Source: Auanema rhodensis (lineage: Eukaryota; Animalia; Nematoda). Taken from it: a stretch of DNA of 64,000 nucleotides. Within the stretch, counting starts at the first letter, position 1; each line of letters opens with the position of its first letter. Location: positions 3,410,001 to 3,474,000 of the forward strand of contig OZ059899.1 in assembly GCA_964057225.1 (NCBI GenBank), given 5' to 3'. The notes under the pieces were generated by a model. It made no database searches, was not told where the DNA came from, and saw only the letters and a list, made by a program, of their open reading frames with translations. Made by a program: the position numbers and the translations under genes. Positions 11,401 to 25,800 of this stretch are shown here, piece after piece.

Positions 11401-14400
11401 ATGTTGAGTGTACATGGAAACTCAACATACACTAATGCATCATTTTTCAAACGATCATAACTAATTTTTGTATTAAGCGTTTCTCAATGTAGTATAGTGC
11501 ATTCGATGCGGATTTTTAAGCTGCGTCGATCTGTGTTATCAGATTTGCGCTAGCTTAAAAATGCACCGAGATATCAACTAATATAAGTTCACACTTATAT
11601 CCTCGATTTTCACCCTGAAGAATTAATTTTTTCGTTGAATAACATTGTCCATCGTCTTTGCCTTGAAAAAAGGAATCTAAAAACATCTACTTTTTGCTAA
11701 ATTATTTTGAAATTTTTCGAAAAAATTTTTGTCAAAATGTTTTTGGAAGCAATGTTGAGTGTACATGGAAACTCAACATACACTAATGCATCATTTTTCA
11801 AACGATCATAACTAATTTTTGTATCAAGTGTTTCTCAATGTAGTATAGTGCATTCGATGCGGATTTTTAAGCTGCGTCGATCTGTGTTATCAGATTTGCG
11901 CTAGCTTAAAAATGCACCGAGATATCAACTGATATAAGTTCACACTTATATCCTCGATTTTCACCCTGAAGAATTAATTTTTTCGTTGAATAACATTGTC
12001 TATCGTCTTTGCCTTGAGAAATGGAATCTAAAAACATCTACTTTTTGCTAAATTATTTTGAAATTTTTCGAAAAAATTTTTGTCAAAATGTTTTTGGAAG
12101 CAATGTTGAGTGTACATGGAAACTCAACATACACTAATGCATCATTTTTCAAACGATCATAACTAATTTTTGTATCAAGCGTTTTTCAATGTAGTATAGT
12201 GCATTCGATGCGGATTTTTAAGCTGCGTCGATCTGTGTTATCAGATTTGCGCTAGCTTAAAAATGCACCGAGATATCAACTGATATAAGTTCACACTTAT
12301 ATCCACGATTTTCACCCTGAAGAATTAATTTTTTCGTTGAATAACATTGTCCATCGTCTTTGCCTTGAAAAATGGAATCTAAAAACATCTACTTTTTGCT
12401 AAATTATTTTGAAATTTTTCGAAAAAATTTTTGTCAAAATGTTTTTGGAAGCAATGTTGAGTGTACATGGAAACTCAACATACACTAATGCATCATTTTT
12501 CAAACGATCATAACTAATTTTTGTATCAAGCGTTTTTCAATGTAGCATAGTGCATTCGATGCGGATTTTTAAGCTGCGTCGATCTGTGTTATCAGATTTG
12601 CGCTAGCTTAAAAATGCACCAAGATATCAACTGATATAAGTTCACATTTATATCCTCGATTTTCACCCTGAAGAAATAATTTTTTCGTTGAATAACATTG
12701 TCCATCGTCTTTGCCTTGAAAAAAGGAATCTAAAAACATCTACTTTTTGCTAAATTATTTTGAAATTTTTCGAAAAAATTTTTGTCAAAATGTTTTTGGA
12801 AGCAATGTTGAGTGTACATGGAAACTCAACATACACTAATGAATCATTTTTCAAACGATCATAACTAATTTTTGTATCAAGCGTTTTTCAATGTAGTATA
12901 GTGCATTCGATGCGGATTTTTAAGCTGCGTCGATCTGTGTTATCAGATTTGGGCTAGCTTAAAAATGCACCGAGATATCAACTGATATAAGTTCACACTT
13001 ATATCCTCGATTTTCACCCTGAAGAATTAATTTTTTCGTTGAATAACATTGTCTATCGTCTTTGCCTTGAAAAAAGGAATCTAAAAACATCTACTTTTTG
13101 CTAAATTATTTTGAAATTTTTCGAAAAAATTTTTGTCAAAATGTTTTTGGAAGCAATGTTGAGTGTACATGGAAACTCAACATACACTAATGCATCATTT
13201 TTCAAACGATCATAACTAATTTTTGTATTAAGCGTTTCTCAATGTAGTATAGTGCATTCGATGCGGATTTTTAAGCTGCGTCGATCTGTGTTATCAGATT
13301 TGCGCTAGCTTAAAAATGCACCGAGATATCAACTAATATAAGTTCACACTTATATCCTCGATTTTCACCCTGAAGAATTAATTTTTTCGTTGAATAACAT
13401 TGTCCATCGTCTTTGCCTTGAAAAAAGGAATCTAAAAACATCTACTTTTTGCTGAATTATTTTGAAATTTTTCGAAAAAATTTTTGTCAAAATGTTTTTG
13501 GAAGCAATGTTGAGTGTACATGGAAACTCAACATACACTAATGCATCATTTTTCAAACGATCATAACTAATTTTTGTATTAAGCGTTTCTCAATGTAGTA
13601 TAGTGCATTCGATGCGGATTTTTAAGCTGCGTCGATCTGTGTTATCAGATTTGCGCTAGCTTAAAAATGCACCGAGATATCAACTAATATAAGTTCACAC
13701 TTATATCCTCGATTTTCACCCTGAAGAATTAATTTTTTCGTTGAATAACATTGTCCATCGTCTTTGCCTTGAAAAAAGGAATCTAAAAACATCTACTTTT
13801 TGCTAAATTATTTTGAAATTTTTCGAAAAAATTTTTGTCAAAATGTTTTTGGAAGCAATGTTGAGTGTACATGGAAACTCAACATACACTAATGCATCAT
13901 TTTTCAAACGATCATAACTAATTTTTGTATCAAGTGTTTCTCAATGTAGTATAGTGCATTCGATGCGGATTTTTAAGCTGCGTCGATCTGTGTTATCAGA
14001 TTTGCGCTAGCTTAAAAATGCACCGAGATATCAACTGATATAAGTTCACACTTATATCCTCGATTTTCACCCTGAAGAATTAATTTTTTCGTTGAATAAC
14101 ATTGTCTATCGTCTTTGCCTTGAGAAATGGAATCTAAAAACATCTACTTTTTGCTAAATTATTTTGAAATTTTTCGAAAAAATTTTTGTCAAAATGTTTT
14201 TGGAAGCAATGTTGAGTGTACATGGAAACTCAACATACACTAATGCATCATTTTTCAAACGATCATAACTAATTTTTGTATCAAGTGTTTCTCAATGTAG
14301 TATAGTGCATTCGATGCGGATTTTTAAGCTGCGTCGATCTGTGTTATCAGATTTGCGCTAGCTTAAAAATGCACCGAGATATCAACTGATATAAGTTCAC

Positions 14401-15093
14401 ACTTATATCCTCGATTTTCACCCTGAAGAATTAATTTTTTCGTTGAATCACATTATCCATCGTCTTTGCCTTGAAAAAAGGAATCTAAAAACATCTACTT
14501 TTTGCTAAATTATTTTGAAATTTTTCGAAAAAATTTTTGTCAAAATGTTTTTGGAAGCAATGTTGAGTGTACATGGAAACTCAACATACACTAATGCATC
14601 ATTTTTCAAACGATCATAACTAATTTTTGTATCAAGTGTTTCTCAATGTAGTATAGTGCATTCGATGCGGATTTTTAAGCTGCGTCGATCTGTGTTATCA
14701 GATTTGCGCTAGCTTAAAAATGCACCGAGATATCAACTGATATAAGTTCACACTTATATCCTCGATTTTCACCCTGAAGAATTAATTTTTTCGTTGAATA
14801 ACATTGTCTATCGTCTTTGCCTTGAGAAATGGAATCTAAAAACATCTACTTTTTGCTAAATTATTTTGAAATTTTTCGAAAAAATTTTTGTCAAAATGTT
14901 TTTGGAAGCAATGTTGAGTGTACATGGAAACTCAACATACACTAATGCATCATTTTTCAAACGATCATAACTAATTTTTGTATCAAGCGTTTTTCAATGT
15001 AGTATAGTGCATTCGATGCGGATTTTTAAGCTGCGTCGATCTGTGTTATCAGATTTGCGCTAGCTTAAAAATGCACCGAGATATCAACTGATA

Positions 15094-18000
15094 TAAGTTC
15101 ACACTTATATCCACGATTTTCACCCTGAAGAATTAATTTTTTCGTTGAATAACATTGTCCATCGTCTTTGCCTTGAAAAATGGAATCTAAAAACATCTAC
15201 TTTTTGCTAAATTATTTTGAAATTTTTCGAAAAAATTTTTGTCAAAATGTTTTTGGAAGCAATGTTGAGTGTACATGGAAACTCAACATACACTAATGCA
15301 TCATTTTTCAAACGATCATAACTAATTTTTGTATCAAGCGTTTTTCAATGTAGCATAGTGCATTCGATGCGGATTTTTAAGCTGCGTCGATCTGTGTTAT
15401 CAGATTTGCGCTAGCTTAAAAATGCACCAAGATATCAACTGATATAAGTTCACATTTATATCCTCGATTTTCACCCTGAAGAAATAATTTTTTCGTTGAA
15501 TAACATTGTCCATCGTCTTTGCCTTGAAAAAAGGAATCTAAAAACATCTACTTTTTGCTAAATTATTTTGAAATTTTTCGAAAAAATTTTTGTCAAAATG
15601 TTTTTGGAAGCAATGTTGAGTGTACATGGAAACTCAACATACACTAATGAATCATTTTTCAAACGATCATAACTAATTTTTGTATCAAGCGTTTTTCAAT
15701 GTAGTATAGTGCATTCGATGCGGATTTTTAAGCTGCGTCGATCTGTGTTATCAGATTTGGGCTAGCTTAAAAATGCACCGAGATATCAACTGATATAAGT
15801 TCACACTTATATCCTCGATTTTCACCCTGAAGAAATAATTTTTTCGTTGAATAACATTGTCCATCGTCTTTGCCTTGAAAAAAGGAATCTAAAAACATCT
15901 ACTTTTTGCTGAATTATTTTGAAATTTTTCGAAAAAATTTTTGTCAAAATGTTTTTGGAAGCAATGTTGAGTGTACATGGAAACTCAACATACACTAATG
16001 CATCATTTTTCAAACGATCATAACTAATTTTTGTATTAAGCGTTTCTCAATGTAGTATAGTGCATTCGATGCGGATTTTTAAGCTGCGTCGATCTGTGTT
16101 ATCAGATTTGCGCTAGCTTAAAAATGCACCGAGATATCAACTGATATAAGTTCACACTTATATCCTCGATTTTCACCCTGAAGAATTAATTTTTTCGTTG
16201 AATAACATTGTCTATCGTCTTTGCCTTGAGAAATGGAATCTAAAAACATCTACTTTTTGCTAAATTATTTTGAAATTTTTCGAAAAAATTTTTGTCAAAA
16301 TGTTTTTGGAAGCAATGTTGAGTGTACATGGAAACTCAACATACACTAATGCATCATTTTTCAAACGATCATAACTAATTTTTGTATCAAGTGTTTCTCA
16401 ATGTAGTATAGTGCATTCGATGCGGATTTTTAAGCTGCGTCGATCTGTGTTATCAGATTTGCGCTAGCTTAAAAATGCACCGAGATATCAACTGATATAA
16501 GTTCACACTTATATCCTCGATTTTCACCCTGAAGAAATAATTTTTTCGTTGAATAACATTGTCCATCGTCTTTGCCTTGAAAAATGGAATCTAAAAACAT
16601 CTACTTTTTGCTAAATTATTTTGAAATTTTTCGAAAAAATTTTTGTCAAAATGTTTTTGGAAGCAATGTTGAGTGTACATGGAAACTCAACATACACTAA
16701 TGCATCATTTTTCAAACGATCATAACTAATTTTTGTATCAAGCGTTTTTCAATGTAGTATATTGCATTCGATGCGGATTTTTAAGCTGCGTCGATCTGTG
16801 TTATCAGATTTGCGCTAGCTTAAAAATGCACCGAGATATCAACTGATATAAGTTCACACTTATATCCTCGATTTTCACCCTGAAGAAATAATTTTTTCGT
16901 TGAATAACATTGTCCATCGTCTTTGCCTTGAAAAAAGGAATCTAAAAACATCTACTTTTTGCTGAATTATTTTGAAATTTTTCGAAAAAATTTTTGTCAA
17001 AATGTTTTTGGAAGCAATGTTGAGTGTACATGGAAACTCAACATACACTAATGCATCATTTTTCAAACGATCATAACTAATTTTTGTATTAAGCGTTTCT
17101 CAATGTAGTATAGTGCATTCGATGCGGATTTTTAAGCTGCGTCGATCTGTGTTATCAGATTTGCGCTAGCTTAAAAATGCACCGAGATATCAACTAATAT
17201 AAGTTCACACTTATATCCTCGATTTTCACCCTGAAGAATTAATTTTTTCGTTGAATAACATTGTCCATCGTCTTTGCCTTGGAAAAAGGAATCTAAAAAC
17301 ATCTACTTTTTGCTAAATTATTTTGAAATTTTTCGAAAAAATTTTTGTCAAAATGTTTTTGGAAGCAATGTTGAGTGTACATGGAAACTCAACATACACT
17401 AATGCATCATTTTTCAAACGATCATAACTAATTTTTGTATCAAGTGTTTCTCAATGTAGTATAGTGCATTCGATGCGGATTTTTAAGCTGCGTCGATCTG
17501 TGTTATCAGATTTGCGCTAGCTTAAAAATGCACCGAGATATCAACTGATATAAGTTCACACTTATATCCTCGATTTTCACCCTGAAGAATTAATTTTTTC
17601 GTTGAATAACATTGTCCATCGTCTTTGCCTTGAAAAATGGAATCTAAAAACATCTACTTTTTGCTAAATTATTTTGAAATTTTTCGAAAAAATTTTTGTC
17701 AAAATGTTTTTGGAAGCAATGTTGAGTGTACATGGAAACTCAACATACACTAATGAATCATTTTTCAAACGATCATAACTAATTTTTGTATCAAGCGTTT
17801 TTCAATGTAGTATAGTGCATTCGATGCGGATTTTTAAGCTGCGTCGATCTGTGTTATCAGATTTGGGCTAGCTTAAAAATGCACCGAGATATCAACTGAT
17901 ATAAGTTCACACTTATATCCTCGATTTTCACCCTGAAGAAATAATTTTTTCGTTGAATAACATTGTCCATCGTCTTTGCCTTGAAAAAAGGAATCTAAAA

Positions 18001-21000
18001 ACATCTACTTTTTGCTGAATTATTTTGAAATTTTTCGAAAAAATTTTTGTCAAAATGTTTTTGGAAGCAATGTTGAGTGTACATGGAAACTCAACATACA
18101 CTAATGCATCATTTTTCAAACGATCATAACTAATTTTTGTATTAAGCGTTTCTCAATGTAGTATAGTGCATTCGATGCGGATTTTTAAGCTGCGTCGATC
18201 TGTGTTATCAGATTTGCGCTAGCTTAAAAATGCACCGAGATATCAACTAATATAAGTTCACACTTATATCCTCGATTTTCACCCTGAAGAATTAATTTTT
18301 TCGTTGAATAACATTGTCCATCGTCTTTGCCTTGGAAAAAAGAATCTAAAAACATCTACTTTTTGCTAAATTATTTTGAAATTTTTCGAAAAAATTTTTG
18401 TCAAAATGTTTTTGGAAGCAATGTTGAGTGTACATGGAAACTCAACATACACTAATGCATCATTTTTCAAACGATCATAACTAATTTTTGTATCAAGTGT
18501 TTCTCAATGTAGTATAGTGCATTCGATGCGGATTTTTAAGCTGCGTCGATCTGTGTTATCAGATTTGCGCTAGCTTAAAAATGCACCGAGATATCAACTG
18601 ATATAAGTTCACACTTATATCCTCGATTTTCACCCTGAAGAATTAATTTTTTCGTTGAATAACATTGTCCATCGTCTTTGCCTTGAAAAATGGAATCTAA
18701 AAACATCTACTTTTTGCTAAATTATTTTGAAATTTTTCGAAAAAATTTTTGTCAAAATGTTTTTGGAAGCAATGTTGAGTGTACATGGAAACTCAACATA
18801 CACTAATGAATCATTTTTCAAACGATCATAACTAATTTTTGTATCAAGCGTTTTTCAATGTAGTATAGTGCATTCGATGCGGATTTTTAAGCTGCGTCGA
18901 TCTGTGTTATCAGATTTGCGCTAGCTTAAAAATGCACCGAGATATCAACTGATATAAGTTCACACTTATATCCACGATTTTCACCCTGAAGAATTAATTT
19001 TTTCGTTGAATAACATTGTCCATCGTCTTTGCCTTGAAAAATGGAATCTAAAAACATCTACTTTTTGCTAAATTATTTTGAAATTTTTCGAAAAAATTTT
19101 TGTCAAAATGTTTTTGGAAGCAATGTTGAGTGTACATGGAAACTCAACATACACTAATGCATCATTTTTCAAACGATCATAACTAATTTTTGTATCAAGC
19201 GTTTTTCAATGTAGCATAGTGCATTCGATGCGGATTTTTAAGCTGCGTCGATCTGTGTTATCAGATTTGCGCTAGCTTAAAAATGCACCAAGATATCAAC
19301 TGATATAAGTTCACATTTATATCCTCGATTTTCACCCTGAAGAAATAATTTTTTCGTTGAATAACATTGTCCATCGTCTTTGCCTTGAAAAAAGGAATCT
19401 AAAAACATCTACTTTTTGCTAAATTATTTTGAAATTTTTCGAAAAAATTTTTGTCAAAATGTTTTTGGAAGCAATGTTGAGTGTACATGGAAACTCAACA
19501 TACACTAATGAATCATTTTTCAAACGATCATAACTAATTTTTGTATCAAGCGTTTTTCAATGTAGTATAGTGCATTCGATGCGGATTTTTAAGCTGCGTC
19601 GATCTGTGTTATCAGATTTGGGCTAGCTTAAAAATGCACCGAGATATCAACTGATATATGTTCACACTTATATCCTCGATTTTCACCCTGAAGAAATAAT
19701 TTTTTCGTTGAATAACATTGTCCATCGTCTTTGCCTTGAAAAAAGGAATCTAAAAACATCTACTTTTTGCTGAATTATTTTGAAATTTTTCGAAAAAATT
19801 TTTGTCAAAATGTTTTTGGAAGCAATGTTGAGTGTACATGGAAACTCAACATACACTAATGCATCATTTTTCAAACGATCATAACTAATTTTTGTATTAA
19901 GCGTTTCTCAATGTAGTATAGTGCATTCGATGCGGATTTTTAAGCTGCGTCGATCTGTGTTATCAGATTTGCGCTAGCTTAAAAATGCACCGAGATATCA
20001 ACTGATATAAGTTCACACTTATATCCTCGATTTTCACCCTGAAGAATTAATTTTTTCGTTGAATAACATTGTCTATCGTCTTTGCCTTGAGAAATGGAAT
20101 CTAAAAACATCTACTTTTTGCTAAATTATTTTGAAATTTTTCGAAAAAATTTTTGTCAAAATGTTTTTGGAAGCAATGTTGAGTGTACATGGAAACTCAA
20201 CATACACTAATGCATCATTTTTCAAACGATCATAACTAATTTTTGTATCAAGTGTTTCTCAATGTAGTATAGTGCATTCGATGCGGATTTTTAAGCTGCG
20301 TCGATCTGTGTTATCAGATTTGCGCTAGCTTAAAAATGCACCGAGATATCAACTGATATAAGTTCACACTTATATCCTCGATTTTCACCCTGAAGAAATA
20401 ATTTTTTCGTTGAATAACATTGTCCATCGTCTTTGCCTTGAAAAATGGAATCTAAAAACATCTACTTTTTGCTAAATTATTTTGAAATTTTTCGAAAAAA
20501 TTTTTGTCAAAATGTTTTTGGAAGCAATGTTGAGTGTACATGGAAACTCAACATACACTAATGCATCATTTTTCAAACGATCATAACTAATTTTTGTATC
20601 AAGCGTTTTTCAATGTAGTATATTGCATTCGATGCGGATTTTTAAGCTGCGTCGATCTGTGTTATCAGATTTGCGCTAGCTTAAAAATGCACCGAGATAT
20701 CAACTGATATAAGTTCACACTTATATCCTCGATTTTCACCCTGAAGAAATAATTTTTTCGTTGAATAACATTGTCCATCGTCTTTGCCTTGAAAAAAGGA
20801 ATCTAAAAACATCTACTTTTTGCTGAATTATTTTGAAATTTTTCGAAAAAATTTTTGTCAAAATGTTTTTGGAAGCAATGTTGAGTGTACATGGAAACTC
20901 AACATACACTAATGCATCATTTTTCAAACGATCATAACTAATTTTTGTATTAAGCGTTTCTCAATGTAGTATAGTGCATTCGATGCGGATTTTTAAGCTG

Positions 21001-22815
21001 CGTCGATCTGTGTTATCAGATTTGCGCTAGCTTAAAAATGCACCGAGATATCAACTAATATAAGTTCACACTTATATCCTCGATTTTCACCCTGAAGAAT
21101 TAATTTTTTCGTTGAATAACATTGTCCATCGTCTTTGCCTTGGAAAAAGGAATCTAAAAACATCTACTTTTTGCTAAATTATTTTGAAATTTTTCGAAAA
21201 AATTTTTGTCAAAATGTTTTTGGAAGCAATGTTGAGTGTACATGGAAACTCAACATACACTAATGCATCATTTTTCAAACGATCATAACTAATTTTTGTA
21301 TCAAGTGTTTCTCAATGTAGTATAGTGCATTCGATGCGGATTTTTAAGCTGCGTCGATCTGTGTTATCAGATTTGCGCTAGCTTAAAAATGCACCGAGAT
21401 ATCAACTGATATAAGTTCACACTTATATCCTCGATTTTCACCCTGAAGAATTAATTTTTTCGTTGAATAACATTGTCCATCGTCTTTGCCTTGAAAAATG
21501 GAATCTAAAAACATCTACTTTTTGCTAAATTATTTTGAAATTTTTCGAAAAAATTTTTGTCAAAATGTTTTTGGAAGCAATGTTGAGTGTACATGGAAAC
21601 TCAACATACACTAATGAATCATTTTTCAAACGATCATAACTAATTTTTGTATCAAGCGTTTTTCAATGTAGTATAGTGCATTCGATGCGGATTTTTAAGC
21701 TGCGTCGATCTGTGTTATCAGATTTGGGCTAGCTTAAAAATGCACCGAGATATCAACTGATATAAGTTCACACTTATATCCTCGATTTTCACCCTGAAGA
21801 AATAATTTTTTCGTTGAATAACATTGTCCATCGTCTTTGCCTTGAAAAAAGGAATCTAAAAACATCTACTTTTTGCTGAATTATTTTGAAATTTTTCGAA
21901 AAAATTTTTGTCAAAATGTTTTTGGAAGCAATGTTGAGTGTACATGGAAACTCAACATACACTAATGCATCATTTTTCAAACGATCATAACTAATTTTTG
22001 TATTAAGCGTTTCTCAATGTAGTATAGTGCATTCGATGCGGATTTTTAAGCTGCGTCGATCTGTGTTATCAGATTTGCGCTAGCTTAAAAATGCACCGAG
22101 ATATCAACTAATATAAGTTCACACTTATATCCTCGATTTTCACCCTGAAGAATTAATTTTTTCGTTGAATAACATTGTCCATCGTCTTTGCCTTGGAAAA
22201 AAGAATCTAAAAACATCTACTTTTTGCTAAATTATTTTGAAATTTTTCGAAAAAATTTTTGTCAAAATGTTTTTGGAAGCAATGTTGAGTGTACATGGAA
22301 ACTCAACATACACTAATGCATCATTTTTCAAACGATCATAACTAATTTTTGTATCAAGTGTTTCTCAATGTAGTATAGTGCATTCGATGCGGATTTTTAA
22401 GCTGCGTCGATCTGTGTTATCAGATTTGCGCTAGCTTAAAAATGCACCGAGATATCAACTGATATAAGTTCACACTTATATCCTCGATTTTCACCCTGAA
22501 GAATTAATTTTTTCGTTGAATAACATTGTCCATCGTCTTTGCCTTGAAAAATGGAATCTAAAAACATCTACTTTTTGCTAAATTATTTTGAAATTTTTCG
22601 AAAAAATTTTTGTCAAAATGTTTTTGGAAGCAATGTTGAGTGTACATGGAAACTCAACATACACTAATGAATCATTTTTCAAACGATCATAACTAATTTT
22701 TGTATCAAGCGTTTTTCAATGTAGTATAGTGCATTCGATGCGGATTTTTAAGCTGCGTCGATCTGTGTTATCAGATTTGGGCTAGCTTAAAAATGCACCG
22801 AGATATCAACTGATA
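15094..22815. repeat. Higher-order repeat: 11-monomer (3861 bp) tandem duplication (m44-54 / m55-65), internally built from trimers
   Basis: The ordered rare markers repeat at +3861 (p20A+261C+336A; p11T+206A+316G; p265T; p83G; p83G+89A). ORFs at 15822/16875/17928 recur at 19683/20736/21789. Confidence 0.88.
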
Positions 22816-25800
22816 TAAGTTCACACTTATATCCTCGATTTTCACCCTGAAGAAATAATTTTTTCGTTGAATAACATTGTCCATCGTCTTTGCCTTGAAA
22901 AAAGGAATCTAAAAACATCTACTTTTTGCTGAATTATTTTGAAATTTTTCGAAAAAATTTTTGTCAAAATGTTTTTGGAAGCAATGTTGAGTGTACATGG
23001 AAACTCAACATACACTAATGCATCATTTTTCAAACGATCATAACTAATTTTTGTATTAAGCGTTTCTCAATGTAGTATAGTGCATTCGATGCGGATTTTT
23101 AAGCTGCGTCGATCTGTGTTATCAGATTTGCGCTAGCTTAAAAATGCACCGAGATATCAACTGATATAAGTTCACACTTATATCCTCGATTTTCACCCTG
23201 AAGAATTAATTTTTTCGTTGAATAACATTGTCTATCGTCTTTGCCTTGAGAAATGGAATCTAAAAACATCTACTTTTTGCTAAATTATTTTGAAATTTTT
23301 CGAAAAAATTTTTGTCAAAATGTTTTTGGAAGCAATGTTGAGTGTACATGGAAACTCAACATACACTAATGCATCATTTTTCAAACGATCATAACTAATT
23401 TTTGTATCAAGTGTTTCTCAATGTAGTATAGTGCATTCGATGCGGATTTTTAAGCTGCGTCGATCTGTGTTATCAGATTTGCGCTAGCTTAAAAATGCAC
23501 CGAGATATCAACTGATATAAGTTCACACTTATATCCTCGATTTTCACCCTGAAGAAATAATTTTTTCGTTGAATAACATTGTCCATCGTCTTTGCCTTGA
23601 AAAATGGAATCTAAAAACATCTACTTTTTGCTAAATTATTTTGAAATTTTTCGAAAAAATTTTTGTCAAAATGTTTTTGGAAGCAATGTTGAGTGTACAT
23701 GGAAACTCAACATACACTAATGCATCATTTTTCAAACGATCATAACTAATTTTTGTATCAAGCGTTTTTCAATGTAGTATATTGCATTCGATGCGGATTT
23801 TTAAGCTGCGTCGATCTGTGTTATCAGATTTGCGCTAGCTTAAAAATGCACCGAGATATCAACTGATATAAGTTCACACTTATATCCTCGATTTTCACCC
23901 TGAAGAAATAATTTTTTCGTTGAATAACATTGTCCATCGTCTTTGCCTTGAAAAAAGGAATCTAAAAACATCTACTTTTTGCTGAATTATTTTGAAATTT
24001 TTCGAAAAAATTTTTGTCAAAATGTTTTTGGAAGCAATGTTGAGTGTACATGGAAACTCAACATACACTAATGCATCATTTTTCAAACGATCATAACTAA
24101 TTTTTGTATTAAGCGTTTCTCAATGTAGTATAGTGCATTCGATGCGGATTTTTAAGCTGCGTCGATCTGTGTTATCAGATTTGCGCTAGCTTAAAAATGC
24201 ACCGAGATATCAACTAATATAAGTTCACACTTATATCCTCGATTTTCACCCTGAAGAATTAATTTTTTCGTTGAATAACATTGTCCATCGTCTTTGCCTT
24301 GGAAAAAGGAATCTAAAAACATCTACTTTTTGCTAAATTATTTTGAAATTTTTCGAAAAAATTTTTGTCAAAATGTTTTTGGAAGCAATGTTGAGTGTAC
24401 ATGGAAACTCAACATACACTAATGCATCATTTTTCAAACGATCATAACTAATTTTTGTATCAAGTGTTTCTCAATGTAGTATAGTGCATTCGATGCGGAT
24501 TTTTAAGCTGCGTCGATCTGTGTTATCAGATTTGCGCTAGCTTAAAAATGCACCGAGATATCAACTGATATAAGTTCACACTTATATCCTCGATTTTCAC
24601 CCTGAAGAATTAATTTTTTCGTTGAATAACATTGTCTATCGTCTTTGCCTTGAGAAATGGAATCTAAAAACATCTACTTTTTGCTAAATTATTTTGAAAT
24701 TTTTCGAAAAAATTTTTGTCAAAATGTTTTTGGAAGCAATGTTGAGTGTACATGGAAACTCAACATACACTAATGCATCATTTTTCAAACGATCATAACT
24801 AATTTTTGTATCAAGCGTTTTTCAATGTAGTATAGTGCATTCGATGCGGATTTTTAAGCTGCGTCGATCTGTGTTATCAGATTTGCGCTAGCTTAAAAAT
24901 GCACCGAGATATCAACTGATATAAGTTCACACTTATATCCACGATTTTCACCCTGAAGAATTAATTTTTTCGTTGAATAACATTGTCCATCGTCTTTGCC
25001 TTGAAAAATGGAATCTAAAAACATCTACTTTTTGCTAAATTATTTTGAAATTTTTCGAAAAAATTTTTGTCAAAATGTTTTTGGAAGCAATGTTGAGTGT
25101 ACATGGAAACTCAACATACACTAATGCATCATTTTTCAAACGATCATAACTAATTTTTGTATCAAGCGTTTTTCAATGTAGTATAGTGCATTCGATGCGG
25201 ATTTTTAAGCTGCGTCGATCTGTGTTATCAGATTTGCGCTAGCTTAAAAATGCACCAAGATATCAACTGATATAAGTTCACATTTATATCCTCGATTTTC
25301 ACCCTGAAGAAATAATTTTTTCGTTGAATAACATTGTCCATCGTCTTTGCCTTGAAAAAAGGAATCTAAAAACATCTACTTTTTGCTGAATTATTTTGAA
25401 ATTTTTCGAAAAAATTTTTGTCAAAATGTTTTTGGAAGCAATGTTGAGTGTACATGGAAACTCAACATACACTAATGCATCATTTTTCAAACGATCATAA
25501 CTAATTTTTGTATTAAGCGTTTCTCAATGTAGTATAGTGCATTCGATGCGGATTTTTAAGCTGCGTCGATCTGTGTTATCAGATTTGCGCTAGCTTAAAA
25601 ATGCACCGAGATATCAACTAATATAAGTTCACACTTATATCCTCGATTTTCACCCTGAAGAATTAATTTTTTCGTTGAATAACATTGTCCATCGTCTTTG
25701 CCTTGAAAAAAGGAATCTAAAAACATCTACTTTTTGCTAAATTATTTTGAAATTTTTCGAAAAAATTTTTGTCAAAATGTTTTTGGAAGCAATGTTGAGT

